A stretch of DNA of 32,966 nt from positions 1 to 32,966 of IMG/VR virus record IMGVR_UViG_3300032318_001202; one strand, 5' to 3'. Below, piece by piece: positions 1 through 8,817 of the stretch. The notes under the pieces are model-generated. The model saw only the letters and a list, made by a program, of their open reading frames with translations, did not search any database and was not told the DNA's origin. A program made the position numbers and the translations under genes. Each line of letters opens with the position of its first letter. The stretch's first letter is position 1. The stretch comes from a virus (lineage: Duplodnaviria; Caudoviricetes).

Positions 1-180
1 CTCCTTGAATGCCTTGAGGACCAATTTCTCCTTGAGGACCAGTTGCTCCTGTTGCACCTGTGTTACCTTGAGAGCCAGTTGCTCCTGTAACTCCTTGAAT
101 GCCTTGAGCACCAGTTGCTCCTTGAGGGCCAGTTGCTCCTGTTGCACCTGTGTTACCTTGAGAGCCAGTTGCTCCTTTAT
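1..180. repeat. Two near-identical 90-bp tandem copies (30 codons each) within the collagen tract
   Basis: 1-90 and 91-180 both begin ctccttgaatgccttgag and differ at only a few positions. Confidence 0.9.
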
Positions 181-2074
181 TTGCAAGACTACTATTATCA
201 TACTCCGCCCAAATACCTGAGTTTCCTGCGGTGCTACCAGACGCAACAGTATAGGTATATAAAGTTCCAGTGTCTGTGTTTATCCATCGGTCTCCATTAT
301 AAAAAATACCTGTTATTCCTGTAACACCTGTGGTAAATGTTCTTATGCCTAGTGTTGATAGGTCTGAACTAGAAGTAGTTCCATCGGTAAATGTTTGAAT
401 AATTTCTGGTCGGTTTGGAGAAGTTACAGTAAATGTTTGAATATAACTTCCAGGAGCACCAGCGAGACTAATATTCCATGCTTGATATTTTTCATCTGTT
501 GGCGGAATAGCAGCAAGTTGTGCATTAGATAAAACAGTTCCATCTATTCTTAAGATAGAAGCATCAATAGTATTACCACTATAATTTGGAGTATAGATGG
601 TTGCATCAATATAAACAGCATTTTCAACATCTACAATAGAAACATAATTTCCGTAAGTATATGAGGTGTCTGTAAGTTTTGTTCCTCCGGTTATGTCTAA
701 GGTGATAATATCACCGATAGCAATTCCTGTGGAAATTTCTGTTAGTGAATTTAGTGGAGTAAATTCTCTACCCCTTCTTCCCGTCAGATTAACCAACCAT
801 CTATTTGCACTTGACACGGAACCTGGAACCGCATCCACATTAAGTATCAGAGTGGAACCGCTCAATCCCGTAATATAACCGTTTGCCCATAGTTGATAAT
901 CTGGACTTGGACCTGTAGCGTTAACCACACTCACATACTGACCAATACCGTAAGCAGTGCTAGTTAAAGCACGATCAACAGTTAGATTTAATGCACCCTT
1001 AGTAGGAGTAAATGCTTGAGAAGAGTATAGAGTTGGAAAACTTAATCCTGTTGTGCCAGTTGCTCCTCGTGCTCCTGTAGCACCTGTGGCTCCATTACCG
1101 CCGCCGCCACCACCACTAGAAGAAATGGTTAGTGAGTTTGTTGCAGGGTATGTGGTTATTGATATATTACCGCCAGGAATAAAGGTTAAAGTTTCTGCAT
1201 CATACTGAACTGAGTTTAAATCGGATTGTCCTGCAACCGAAATAGTTTTGAATGCAGTATCCATACCACCGCCACCACCATCACGGCTAACACTTCCGCC
1301 CATTCCAGCAACCGCTTTAACTTTGCTTAAATCAATACTCAGCGATTTTTTGTTTGCATCGTACTGTAGCGGATAGTTGGCGTGCAGAAGACCGGATTCT
1401 CCCGTGTCTCCTTTGTCGCCCTTCTCGCCTTTCTCGCCAGTGTCACCCTTATCACCCTTCTCACCTTTTGCTCCTACCGTTCCATCTTGTCCAGCAAGTC
1501 CAGCATCTCCCTTTTCACCCTTCTCTCCTCGTTCGCCCTTTGCTCCCGTATCGCCCTTGGCTCCCTGCTCTCCTTGTTCACCCTTTGGGCCTATCTCACC
1601 TTTCGCGCCTTGAATGCCTTGAATGCCTTGAGAACCAGGTGCGCCTTGTTCTCCACGATCACCCTTGTCGCCCTTCTCTCCTTGTACTCCTTGAGGACCT
1701 GGAACTCCTTGTGATCCTTGAATTCCCTGCGAGCCTTGATCTCCCTTTTCGCCTGTATCGCCTTTATCTCCCTTGTCGCCCTTCTCGCCTTTTTCACCTT
1801 GAACACCCTGTTCTCCCTTGTCACCCTTCCATCCAGGATGTCCGTCTTCACCTCGGTCGCCTTTATCTCCCTTTTCGCCTGCATCGCCTTTTTCACCCTT
1901 AGCACCTTGAGGGCCAGGAATACCACGAAGACCGCGAAGACCTCGCATGCCTTTCTCTCCGCGTGAGATATCCTCTCCTTCGGAAGGAGTGGAATTAGAA
2001 TTCAAAGTCTCTCCGAATTCGCGGAGAAACTCTTCTTCATCTGATGAATTGTTTGACCAATCAGGCTGTTCCAT
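1..2074 (-). CDS. Collagen-like (Gly-X-Y) tail fibre / virion fibre protein, C-terminus runs off the window
   Basis: Not in the ORF track. Manual translation from ATG at 2074 ([16 protein letters not shown]...) is open to position 1. It has a long charged GEKGDKGD collagen tract (~1390-1965), a short GATGAT tract (~1045-1100), beta-rich domains, a [15 protein letters not shown] motif and a second GATGPQG tract (1-180). TAAATA lies 6 nt upstream. Confidence 0.85.
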   Translation of the reverse strand, partial: MEQPDWSNNSSDEEEFLREFGETLNSNSTPSEGEDISRGEKGMRGLRGLRGIPGPQGAKGEKGDAGEKGDKGDRGEDGHPGWKGDKGEQGVQGEKGEKGDKGDKGDTGEKGDQGSQGIQGSQGVPGPQGVQGEKGDKGDRGEQGAPGSQGIQGIQGAKGEIGPKGEQGEQGAKGDTGAKGERGEKGEKGDAGLAGQDGTVGAKGEKGDKGDTGEKGEKGDKGDTGESGLLHANYPLQYDANKKSLSIDLSKVKAVAGMGGSVSRDGGGGGMDTAFKTISVAGQSDLNSVQYDAETLTFIPGGNISITTYPATNSLTISSSGGGGGGNGATGATGARGATGTTGLSFPTLYSSQAFTPTKGALNLTVDRALTSTAYGIGQYVSVVNATGPSPDYQLWANGYITGLSGSTLILNVDAVPGSVSSANRWLVNLTGRRGREFTPLNSLTEISTGIAIGDIITLDITGGTKLTDTSYTYGNYVSIVDVENAVYIDATIYTPNYSGNTIDASILRIDGTVLSNAQLAAIPPTDEKYQAWNISLAGAPGSYIQTFTVTSPNRPEIIQTFTDGTTSSSDLSTLGIRTFTTGVTGITGIFYNGDRWINTDTGTLYTYTVASGSTAGNSGIWAEYDNSSLANKGATGSQGNTGATGATGPQGATGAQGIQGVTGATGSQGNTGATGATGPQGEIGPQGIQG

Positions 2075-2080
2075 CGCCTA

Positions 2081-2087
2081 TATTTAG
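2081..2087 (-). promoter_or_regulatory. T4-type late promoter-like motif CTAAATA
   Basis: Overlaps the thyX stop codon, 6 nt upstream of the fibre ATG; the same motif recurs before other late genes. Confidence 0.6.
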
Positions 2088-2839
2088 GGCTGAGTTAGAG
2101 CCTTCCAAGAAACAGGAAACAGAGGTTCAATTAATTTAGAAATTGCAGCAGCATATTCTCTAACTTCCCATTGAGCGTGTGGATCGTAACGAAGTCCGTA
2201 TACACGAGCGTATGCTGCTAGGCTTCCTGTCCACCACCACTCGGTATATGTTCCTTGAGGCAATACAAATCTGGCTTGTTCAGGAGCAACGCCTTCTTTT
2301 AGTAGCATGTTATATGTGTCTAGAGCATCCAACACTACACGATTATATTGACGATCAAAATCTGAAATAACAGGCTCATCAATAAAATCTTCACTTCCCT
2401 GCTTGGCTCCATTTGTGGGTGCTGAACGCCAATCAGGAACATAAAAGTCAGGTTCATCTTTCACATAACGGCGAGAAACTTCATTTTCTGTAAATCCAAC
2501 TTTATGTTTGAAAAGTTGAGTGCGAATAGAAATTGGAGCCTTAATATGAAGGGTAATCTGTGGATGAGCAAATGGAGTCCAGTGCTTATGTTTAGCCAGA
2601 TACACAATAAGTTTTGAATCTTTTTCTGCGAGTTTTGGGTTTCCTCTTTGATATCGGGTTGTTCCGCCGTTCTGATCTACAACACCTTCAATATCATATT
2701 CAAAATTAGATTTTTTATTGAATGAAACACGGGCTGCATTCACGACCATCAGATCGTTACCCATGTGAGAAATCAAAGAAACAAATCCCTTGTCTAAAAC
2801 CTGAATGGTGTTAGCATCATTCACGCCTGCCATACTCAT
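2084..2839 (-). CDS. thyX: FAD-dependent thymidylate synthase ThyX
   Basis: VVNAARVSF, KHKHWTPFAH, phage-type ThyX motif KHKVGFTENEVSRRY, EQARFVLPQ, HAQWEVREYA. Confidence 0.95.
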   Translation of the reverse strand: MSMAGVNDANTIQVLDKGFVSLISHMGNDLMVVNAARVSFNKKSNFEYDIEGVVDQNGGTTRYQRGNPKLAEKDSKLIVYLAKHKHWTPFAHPQITLHIKAPISIRTQLFKHKVGFTENEVSRRYVKDEPDFYVPDWRSAPTNGAKQGSEDFIDEPVISDFDRQYNRVVLDALDTYNMLLKEGVAPEQARFVLPQGTYTEWWWTGSLAAYARVYGLRYDPHAQWEVREYAAAISKLIEPLFPVSWKALTQP

Positions 2840-2856
2840 AATATACTCCTATTAAG

Positions 2857-3234
2857 TTATCGTTGCTTGTCTGGTCTTTTTACTTTTGCTTTAGCGGCTT
2901 TTCCTGAACCGCCTGGTTTAGTTAACACACCCAAATCCATTGCAGGTTCTGTGCCGCTTATTTCGTTTACCGATTCAACTGTTGTTAGAACTTTATCGTC
3001 GTGTCCAACAATATCAATCTTATCCACACCAGGCATGGCTGCAAGAATTTTCTTTGCATCTTTTTGTGCATCGGTTAGATCAGCACTTCCCATCTTGCCT
3101 GCTTTAACTTTTTTACCGTTCTTATAGGCAATCCACACAAATTCCACACCGCGATCTTGATAGGTTCCACCACCCTTTTTAACTATTTCAATATCGTTGG
3201 TGATGGCTTCTAGAAATTTGCGGAATGGTTTCAT
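2857..3234 (-). CDS. Hypothetical protein, possible capsid-internal protein
   Basis: 125-aa ORF; N-terminus MKPFRKFLE resembles T4 internal-protein leaders; CTAAATA 5 nt upstream. Confidence 0.7.
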   Translation of the reverse strand: MKPFRKFLEAITNDIEIVKKGGGTYQDRGVEFVWIAYKNGKKVKAGKMGSADLTDAQKDAKKILAAMPGVDKIDIVGHDDKVLTTVESVNEISGTEPAMDLGVLTKPGGSGKAAKAKVKRPDKQR

Positions 3235-3239
3235 ACTTT

Positions 3240-3246
3240 TATTTAG
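3240..3246 (-). promoter_or_regulatory. Late promoter-like motif CTAAATA
   Basis: CCTAAATA-AAAGT-ATG immediately after the primase stop. Confidence 0.6.
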
Positions 3247-3247
3247 G

Positions 3248-4270
3248 TCAACATCGTTTCCAACTCATTAGTTTCAATTTAGCAGCCGCACCACTACAGG
3301 AATTTTCAAGAATGATCTGATGGGGATTTAAACCTCCAAGAACCATATCATTAATATCCTTTTGATGAACGGACGAGGGCCAAATGCATACGGTTCTTCC
3401 GTTACCTATAAGATCTTCCATAACCTTTACGAGTTCTTTATTTCGGGGTTCATTGTCTAGCGCAAAGATGGGTTTTGCTCCTAGTTCATGTGGTAAAGAA
3501 GAACACCTACCTAATCCTGCCATAGCCACACCGTTTGGAAGAAACAAAGAGTCTAGAGGCCCTTCAACCACAATCACAGGTTGCTTGGGATCAACTCGCT
3601 CTAATCCGAACCATAGACGATCTTCAGTTTGCTCTTTACGAAGAGTAATGTAACGAATGCTTTTAGGATTAAACGAACGGCAGTTGGCTCCAATAAGTTT
3701 GCCGTTCTGAATGATAGGAATAATTAGGCGCGGTTCATCACCTAATTCTTTGCTAGGATCAATAGTCTTTGCCCACTCACCAAAGTTCTCTGCATAATAC
3801 AGCAGAGAAAATTTATCTTTAGGAACTTTACGAGACTCTAAAAACTGCCTCGCAGGATGAATCTCTTGAAGCGACGATACGGTGGGAAGCCCGATTCCAT
3901 AGTCTCCCGTGGATGATTTACCAGATACTTCAGTTCTTCTAAATCTTGGCTGTTCAAAGACGAAGGTAGGCTCGGCTTCGTTTCTGCTGGTAAGACCGCT
4001 TCGGTATTTTTCAAGAGTGTATTCATCATATAATCTCCGGTCAAACTGTTCAAGGAATTTGGAAAGGGTAGTTCCGAAGTCACAGTTGTGGCACTTTACA
4101 AAAAATCCACCCTTCTTCTCGTATAAGTAGAAGCGAGTTTTGGACTTGTTTTTCTTGGAATCGCCACATATCGGACACCTACAAACTGCTAGTTGGTTGG
4201 TTTTCTTCCAAGCAAAGCGGGCTAGCCGTGCCGCTATCATATTGATATATTTCACATCCAAGTAACTCAT
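3248..4270 (-). CDS. gp61: T4-like DNA primase
   Basis: Zn ribbon CPICGDS...CHNC; TOPRIM motifs VEGPLDSLF, DNEPRN, KDIND. Confidence 0.95.
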   Translation of the reverse strand: MSYLDVKYINMIAARLARFAWKKTNQLAVCRCPICGDSKKNKSKTRFYLYEKKGGFFVKCHNCDFGTTLSKFLEQFDRRLYDEYTLEKYRSGLTSRNEAEPTFVFEQPRFRRTEVSGKSSTGDYGIGLPTVSSLQEIHPARQFLESRKVPKDKFSLLYYAENFGEWAKTIDPSKELGDEPRLIIPIIQNGKLIGANCRSFNPKSIRYITLRKEQTEDRLWFGLERVDPKQPVIVVEGPLDSLFLPNGVAMAGLGRCSSLPHELGAKPIFALDNEPRNKELVKVMEDLIGNGRTVCIWPSSVHQKDINDMVLGGLNPHQIILENSCSGAAAKLKLMSWKRC

Positions 4271-4277
4271 AGCGCAA

Positions 4278-4305
4278 AGTATACCTAGTATTTAGGCAAA
4301 GTCAA
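4278..4305 (-). promoter_or_regulatory. Sigma70-like promoter for primase (TTGACT-16-TATACT) with an embedded CTAAATA late motif
   Basis: -35 at 4305-4300, -10 at 4283-4278, 7 nt before ATG 4270; TAAATA at 4294-4289 in the spacer. Confidence 0.7.
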
Positions 4306-4461
4306 GCAAAATAGCGAGTGTTCACTCCAGGCACTTTTCAAACGCACTCACACCAATTTAACTTATATTCAACTTTTAACTAAACTACCAAAAATCTTCG
4401 TGTAGTAAAAATTTATTTCACGAACCTGTCGTTTTGGCAAAAACACCAACTATATAGACCT

Positions 4462-5178
4462 TTACTTTTTGGGGTCTATGATGTTCAGGGTTTGGATATC
4501 TTTTTGTATACGATCTTGCTGTCTGCGCTGTATCTTCTTACGCTTCTGCATAGATGTTGAACCCTTTGGCATAGGAGGTTCTTGACCAGGAGATACGCCT
4601 GCCATTTGTCCTCCACCCACATTATTTGCAGGGCCAGCGACGGCTGCTCCGTCTTCTCCTAGTTTTTTTGCTTCGGTATAGGTGAATACCTGTTTTCCTA
4701 TTTTATAAACAGGAACTCCAAAAACTTCTCCAATTGGAGTCAGGTGTTTTATGCGATACTTTTTATCGTATATTTGATATACACCAGCCTCTAATAGATT
4801 ATTTTCAATATGAAGTATTGTTTTCAAGCAAGTCTTTTTGGACTTGAAATACTCCATCACTATAGATTCATATTTTTCAGGATTTAACCCGCTATACTCT
4901 GATTTTAAAGACCACAAAGTTTTAACAAGAGCAGAAGATCTGTTTGGAATTGCATCAAATTGTTCTACTATTTTTTTTACTGTCCAAGACAAAGCAAAAA
5001 ATTTATCAGGATATGCTTGTTTTTCTGAAGACTCTTTTAGTTGTCTACGAGTTTTTAGTATTTTACCGCTCTCGTTTACTATACCTAGTTTATAGGCAGA
5101 CATTTCTTTCCAAGGAGTATTGATAATTTGTGTAAACTGATACTCCATCAGTATATCTTCTAGTCTCAGGTCTTCCAT
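4462..5178 (-). CDS. Conserved hypothetical T4-like phage protein
   Basis: 238-aa ORF; PWKEMSAYKLGIVNESGKILK and C-terminal PANNVGGGQMAG segments resemble proteins found upstream of primase in T4-like phages (recalled, not searched). Confidence 0.7.
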   Translation of the reverse strand: MEDLRLEDILMEYQFTQIINTPWKEMSAYKLGIVNESGKILKTRRQLKESSEKQAYPDKFFALSWTVKKIVEQFDAIPNRSSALVKTLWSLKSEYSGLNPEKYESIVMEYFKSKKTCLKTILHIENNLLEAGVYQIYDKKYRIKHLTPIGEVFGVPVYKIGKQVFTYTEAKKLGEDGAAVAGPANNVGGGQMAGVSPGQEPPMPKGSTSMQKRKKIQRRQQDRIQKDIQTLNIIDPKK

Positions 5179-5561
5179 TACAACTCCCTTAATTTTGCTA
5201 CAACTTTGTCGTCTAGTGGTATTTCAACTATATCTATTCCTTCTATGTTTTTAGTGTCTGGAAGGTAGTGTAAGTACACCAAAAAAGTTTTAAGTACTGA
5301 CAATAAATCTTTATCCATTTTATAGAATAACATTCTAGTTGCTGCGTCTATACCAAAAACATTGTAGAATGTTATTAAGTGATTTAGTATTAAACGATCT
5401 CGCAGTTCTTCTGATCTTTGATACTTTCTAAACAAGCGTTTCAAATATACTATACGAGTAATGTCCTCTTCAAATTCTTGCATACTATGACATTGTGGGT
5501 TGTCATAGTTTTTTACTGCAAACAGTTTGAAATTTTCTTCGTTTAATGTTTTAAATATCAT
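5178..5561 (-). CDS. Conserved hypothetical T4-like phage protein
   Basis: LNEENFKLFAVKNYDNPQC...EFEED...RLILNHLITFYNVFG is typical of aquatic T4-like phages; ATG at 5561 preferred over GTG 5582; stop overlaps the next start. Confidence 0.8.
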   Translation of the reverse strand: MIFKTLNEENFKLFAVKNYDNPQCHSMQEFEEDITRIVYLKRLFRKYQRSEELRDRLILNHLITFYNVFGIDAATRMLFYKMDKDLLSVLKTFLVYLHYLPDTKNIEGIDIVEIPLDDKVVAKLREL

Positions 5562-5614
5562 TGTGTAATACAATACTTTCACTTTAAAGACTCATTACCA
5601 TAAGTATCTATAAT

Positions 5615-5643
5615 AAAAAAGGGAGCCTGTTTAGGCTCCCTTT
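5615..5643 (-). terminator. Rho-independent terminator
   Basis: Perfect 8-bp stem GGGAGCCT-AAAC-AGGCTCCC followed by TTTTTT on the minus strand. Confidence 0.9.
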
Positions 5644-5686
5644 CGGGGCGGTGAAATGCGGATTTTAGGGAACGCCCTTATCTTCT
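5615..5686 (-). ncRNA. Candidate ~70-nt small RNA
   Basis: -10-like GATATACTAACAA (TATACT at 5698-5693; 13 nt identical to the uvsX promoter), a GGGCG/CGCCC stem enclosing a C-rich loop, then the terminator; no ORF. Confidence 0.3.
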
Positions 5687-5700
5687 CTTGTTAGTATATC

Positions 5701-6507
5701 TTATTCATCGGCTTCACTCCAGCGTTCCAGAGGACGATTCTGAGCCGAATAATTTACCTTTTTTCCACCCTTTAGATACAGGAACTTTTTGTCGGCCTTT
5801 TCGGAATTGTCTTGTTTCTTAACTTTACGCGCTTCCGTGTCTCCTTGAAGCCAAGCATCATTATACTTCATTTTCATTTCTTTGGAACGAAGTGGAGTTT
5901 GAACCTCAACGATATCTTCTCCATCAACTTCAGTTTGTTCCATAGGAGAATTTTTAACAGAACTCTGCACGATGCGGGGTTTGACCGAGAAAGTACCGTC
6001 TTCGTTGCTGTTAATTTCTACAACAAGTTTCAAAGGAGTTCCTGTCTTGTTTGAGATGTTATCTGCGTGATAAGGATCGTAGCCTGGATCGGTTGGATAT
6101 CTTCCGTATGATCCACCAAGATACTTTAAAGTAAACTCAAACATACCTGCACCAATCTCATTAACAGGGCCACGATTGTTATCAATACTTGATTTAGCGT
6201 CGTGTTCCAATCCGGTTTTTGCGGGCGGAACTCGGTATTCAAAGAAAAGACCAATTCTTTCCAATTTGCTCTTGATGTGAGCAAGAACATTATAAGGATT
6301 GATGTAACTTTTACTCATTGCTGCACCAAGGAAGGTGTTCAATCTAGCAAGAGCCTCACCATTCAACGAAGCAATATTGATTTCAGGGGTGTCTACAGCA
6401 CCATCAGGATTGTGAGGGCCAACCGCTGGATTTAAAGTTCCAGTGCCGATTGCCTGTAAAACTCCCCAATTCTCCTGCAATTTGTTTCGTAGTTCCTTAA
6501 AACGCAT
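5701..6507 (-). CDS. Hypothetical protein, possible virion protein
   Basis: 268-aa ORF with AGGAG SD; N-terminus MRFKELRNKLQE. Confidence 0.75.
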   Translation of the reverse strand: MRFKELRNKLQENWGVLQAIGTGTLNPAVGPHNPDGAVDTPEINIASLNGEALARLNTFLGAAMSKSYINPYNVLAHIKSKLERIGLFFEYRVPPAKTGLEHDAKSSIDNNRGPVNEIGAGMFEFTLKYLGGSYGRYPTDPGYDPYHADNISNKTGTPLKLVVEINSNEDGTFSVKPRIVQSSVKNSPMEQTEVDGEDIVEVQTPLRSKEMKMKYNDAWLQGDTEARKVKKQDNSEKADKKFLYLKGGKKVNYSAQNRPLERWSEADE

Positions 6508-6519
6508 GATAAACTCCTA

Positions 6520-7398
6520 TTAGCGAACAGTTACTCGGAACGCTGCTGAACCTGTTGCCGATGGGTTTGCAGCAGTTGTTCCGTCATTCACAAAAGCAGT
6601 CATTCCGTACACACCTGTGGTTAGACCAGCAGGAAGAACGATAACTCCAATATCTTGGTTGAATGATGAGGTTGGGCCGAAGAATGCCTCGTACACATAA
6701 GTTGGAACCGCAGTCGGGCCTGAGGTGTTTACAAGTAAACTTGTTCCTGTGGAAAGAACAATATTCTTAAGTTGGGTGTGATTTAGAGGGCCTCCACCAG
6801 TTAACTGTCCTGTTAGAGAAAGGGTAAGAGATTGTGTAAAGTTCACATCGTTTGCCTTAACTTTAATATATCCTGTATTACCTGCGGGAATACTTCCGCC
6901 AGTCACAGTGTAGCCAGCAATAATTGATGCGGTAACTCCCCATGAAGTTATTCCCCAGAACAGAGAAGAAACACCAAATTCGTTTATACCGTAATTTGCT
7001 GTGCAAGAGTGGCTGAGTCCTGTGCCAAACTGACCTCCTGCGGTTGCACCATCTCCTTGGAAAGGTGCAGTCATGTATGGATTATCTAGTAGAATGGCTC
7101 CAAGAAGAATTCCTCCTGTAAAACCACCTGTAATGCTGATACGATCAGCGTATGCACTAGCAGTTGAACCAGCCGTTGTTCCAGGATCGTTTGGCATGCA
7201 AACAAGGAGTTCCATGACTGGATAAGCACCAGTAATACTCAAATCTTTTGTGCCTTCAAACTGACTAGCGAGGTTAGCAATACCGTTTTGAACTGGTGCT
7301 TCCCAACCTGAGTTTGTGCGAACGCACCAACGCTTTTGAGCGGCGTTTAACCATGTTGGTTTTGATTCTTCTCTATCGTTATTATTCCAAGTTCCCAT
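6520..7398 (-). CDS. Hypothetical virion structural protein (Gly/Thr/Ala-rich, beta-rich)
   Basis: 292-aa ORF; AAGGAG SD; CTAAATA at 7427-7421; composition typical of decoration or fibre proteins. Confidence 0.7.
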   Translation of the reverse strand: MGTWNNNDREESKPTWLNAAQKRWCVRTNSGWEAPVQNGIANLASQFEGTKDLSITGAYPVMELLVCMPNDPGTTAGSTASAYADRISITGGFTGGILLGAILLDNPYMTAPFQGDGATAGGQFGTGLSHSCTANYGINEFGVSSLFWGITSWGVTASIIAGYTVTGGSIPAGNTGYIKVKANDVNFTQSLTLSLTGQLTGGGPLNHTQLKNIVLSTGTSLLVNTSGPTAVPTYVYEAFFGPTSSFNQDIGVIVLPAGLTTGVYGMTAFVNDGTTAANPSATGSAAFRVTVR

Positions 7399-7420
7399 TT
7401 CGGTTTCTCCTTGTGCTACC

Positions 7421-7427
7421 TATTTAG
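7421..7427 (-). promoter_or_regulatory. Late promoter-like motif CTAAATA
   Basis: Overlaps the stop of 7424..7894, upstream of the SD of the 292-aa gene. Confidence 0.55.
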
Positions 7428-7894
7428 CGATTTTCGTTGATGATGTTACGAAGGGTTGATACTTCTTCTTCAGAAAGTTGAGTCAAGAATTCTCGTAGAC
7501 CCAATTCAATTTCTGATGGTTGTGTTTCTTCCTTCTTCATGCTCTTCATGCCTGCGGTGTTAATACCAGCAGCAGCCTTAGCGGGAGTAGCCAATGCAGC
7601 CTTTTGAGTAGGCATCTTTACATCAGCCTCAGCAACAACCTCTTCAAAACGAGTAACCATTTCTGGTGTTAGTTGGCAACCGCACTTGGCTACACCTTCC
7701 TTGAGATGCTTGCGTAGAATGTTACGCTTGGTTTCCGCGACCATAACACCTTCGGTTAAAGTTGCAAATTCTGCCTTAGCAGCCTTGGCTGCTTCTTTTA
7801 GAGACTCAGGAAGTTCAACCTTTACAGTTGTCTTGCCCATGAGAACATTTGAGATGTTATTGTAGAATTCTTTGCTGATTGGTGAGTTGTGCAT
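7424..7894 (-). CDS. Hypothetical helical protein, possibly prohead-core-like
   Basis: 156-aa Ala/Glu/Lys-rich ORF with several L-x-E sites; AAGGAG SD; CTAAATA at 7941-7935. Confidence 0.7.
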   Translation of the reverse strand: MHNSPISKEFYNNISNVLMGKTTVKVELPESLKEAAKAAKAEFATLTEGVMVAETKRNILRKHLKEGVAKCGCQLTPEMVTRFEEVVAEADVKMPTQKAALATPAKAAAGINTAGMKSMKKEETQPSEIELGLREFLTQLSEEEVSTLRNIINENR

Positions 7895-7934
7895 TGCTGC
7901 TCCTTGTATTTTTTACATTCTTACCGCTAGGTAG

Positions 7935-7941
7935 TATTTAG
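7935..7941 (-). promoter_or_regulatory. Late promoter-like motif CTAAATA
   Basis: Intergenic, between the lysozyme stop and the next SD. Confidence 0.55.
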
Positions 7942-7947
7942 TTAAAT

Positions 7948-8559
7948 TTATCTGTTGCGTTTCAGCCAAAGATCACCTTCGGCTGCTCTTCTTTTAATTA
8001 ATCCTGGTAAAACTTCACCTTTGGACTTATTATATTTTGCTAGTGCTGCTGGAACTTCTTTCCAATGATCCGAAGAACTTAAAGCCATAGTTATTGATTC
8101 AAACCCACTTTTACCATAAAAACCAGGCCCCACATTATAGGCAAATGAAATCAATGCACTCTGCTGATTGGAATTCATAAGATTCCAATTTGGTATCATT
8201 TTTAATTTAGGAATCACTTTTGTATTTACATAGTGTTCCATATACTGATCTGCTTGTTGTTTTGTTATTCTGTCGCCTTGTTTAACAGGTCTACCGTCTG
8301 GATGAGTAGTTGATCCTTTACCTATAGTCCAAACTTTTCCCGTTTTATCCCAGTATGCCTCAGTTTTAAATCCTTCATATTTTGAAATTAATAGTTTCCA
8401 CGCTGTAGTATTTTGATAGGTTTGCTGTGTGGTTTGGGGACGAGGAGGGGTAGTTGCTGCCATTGCTGGCGATCCTATCGCTATGCTTGCTGCTAACGCT
8501 GTGGAAAGTAATCCAGCAGAAAGTTTAACTTCATTTACATGCTGTATAAAAGTTTTCAT
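7948..8559 (-). CDS. Phage lysozyme (GH24 muramidase) with N-terminal leader and hydrophobic segment
   Basis: Catalytic E-x8-D-x5-T pattern in YEGFKTEAYWDKTGKVWTIGKG; ALISFAYNVG; LPGLIKRRAAE; start at ATG 8559 (ATGA overlap with upstream stop). Confidence 0.9.
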   Translation of the reverse strand: MKTFIQHVNEVKLSAGLLSTALAASIAIGSPAMAATTPPRPQTTQQTYQNTTAWKLLISKYEGFKTEAYWDKTGKVWTIGKGSTTHPDGRPVKQGDRITKQQADQYMEHYVNTKVIPKLKMIPNWNLMNSNQQSALISFAYNVGPGFYGKSGFESITMALSSSDHWKEVPAALAKYNKSKGEVLPGLIKRRAAEGDLWLKRNR

Positions 8560-8816
8560 CCCTTCGCTTTCTTCCAAAGATCAGCATCACCAGTTGTTCG
8601 GGTTTTACCGCCTGTTAGGAAGGAATTCACTCTAGCCAACGCCCATTGTTGAGGTGTGGTTCCAGGTCTATGTCCACCCTTCCACGCTGCCATTCCTCGG
8701 TCGTAGACTTTCTTTAAAATTGCATAAGATATACCAGATTTAGCGGCTTTATTTTTCACCGCTTTAACGCTCTCGGTTATCTCTAGTTCGGTTTTTAAAT
8801 CTTTGAAACTTTTCAT
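8556..8816 (-). CDS. DUF5824-like protein (C-terminal half only)
   Basis: SGISYAILKKVYDRGMAAWKGGHRPGTTPQQWALARVNSF...DADLW matches the viral DUF5824 signature as recalled; N-terminus MKSFKDLKTE. Confidence 0.75.
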   Translation of the reverse strand: MKSFKDLKTELEITESVKAVKNKAAKSGISYAILKKVYDRGMAAWKGGHRPGTTPQQWALARVNSFLTGGKTRTTGDADLWKKAKG

Positions 8817-8817
8817 T

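Noticed and set aside
1-180. Possible CRISPR or mini-array
   Set aside because: Repeats are contiguous, in-frame Gly-X-Y coding units with no unique spacers
1-1966. Plus-strand ORFs (5..220, 1354..1902, 1377..1613, 1382..1714, 1718..1966) and minus-strand 1591..1926
   Set aside because: Antisense or off-frame shadows of the collagen repeat gene
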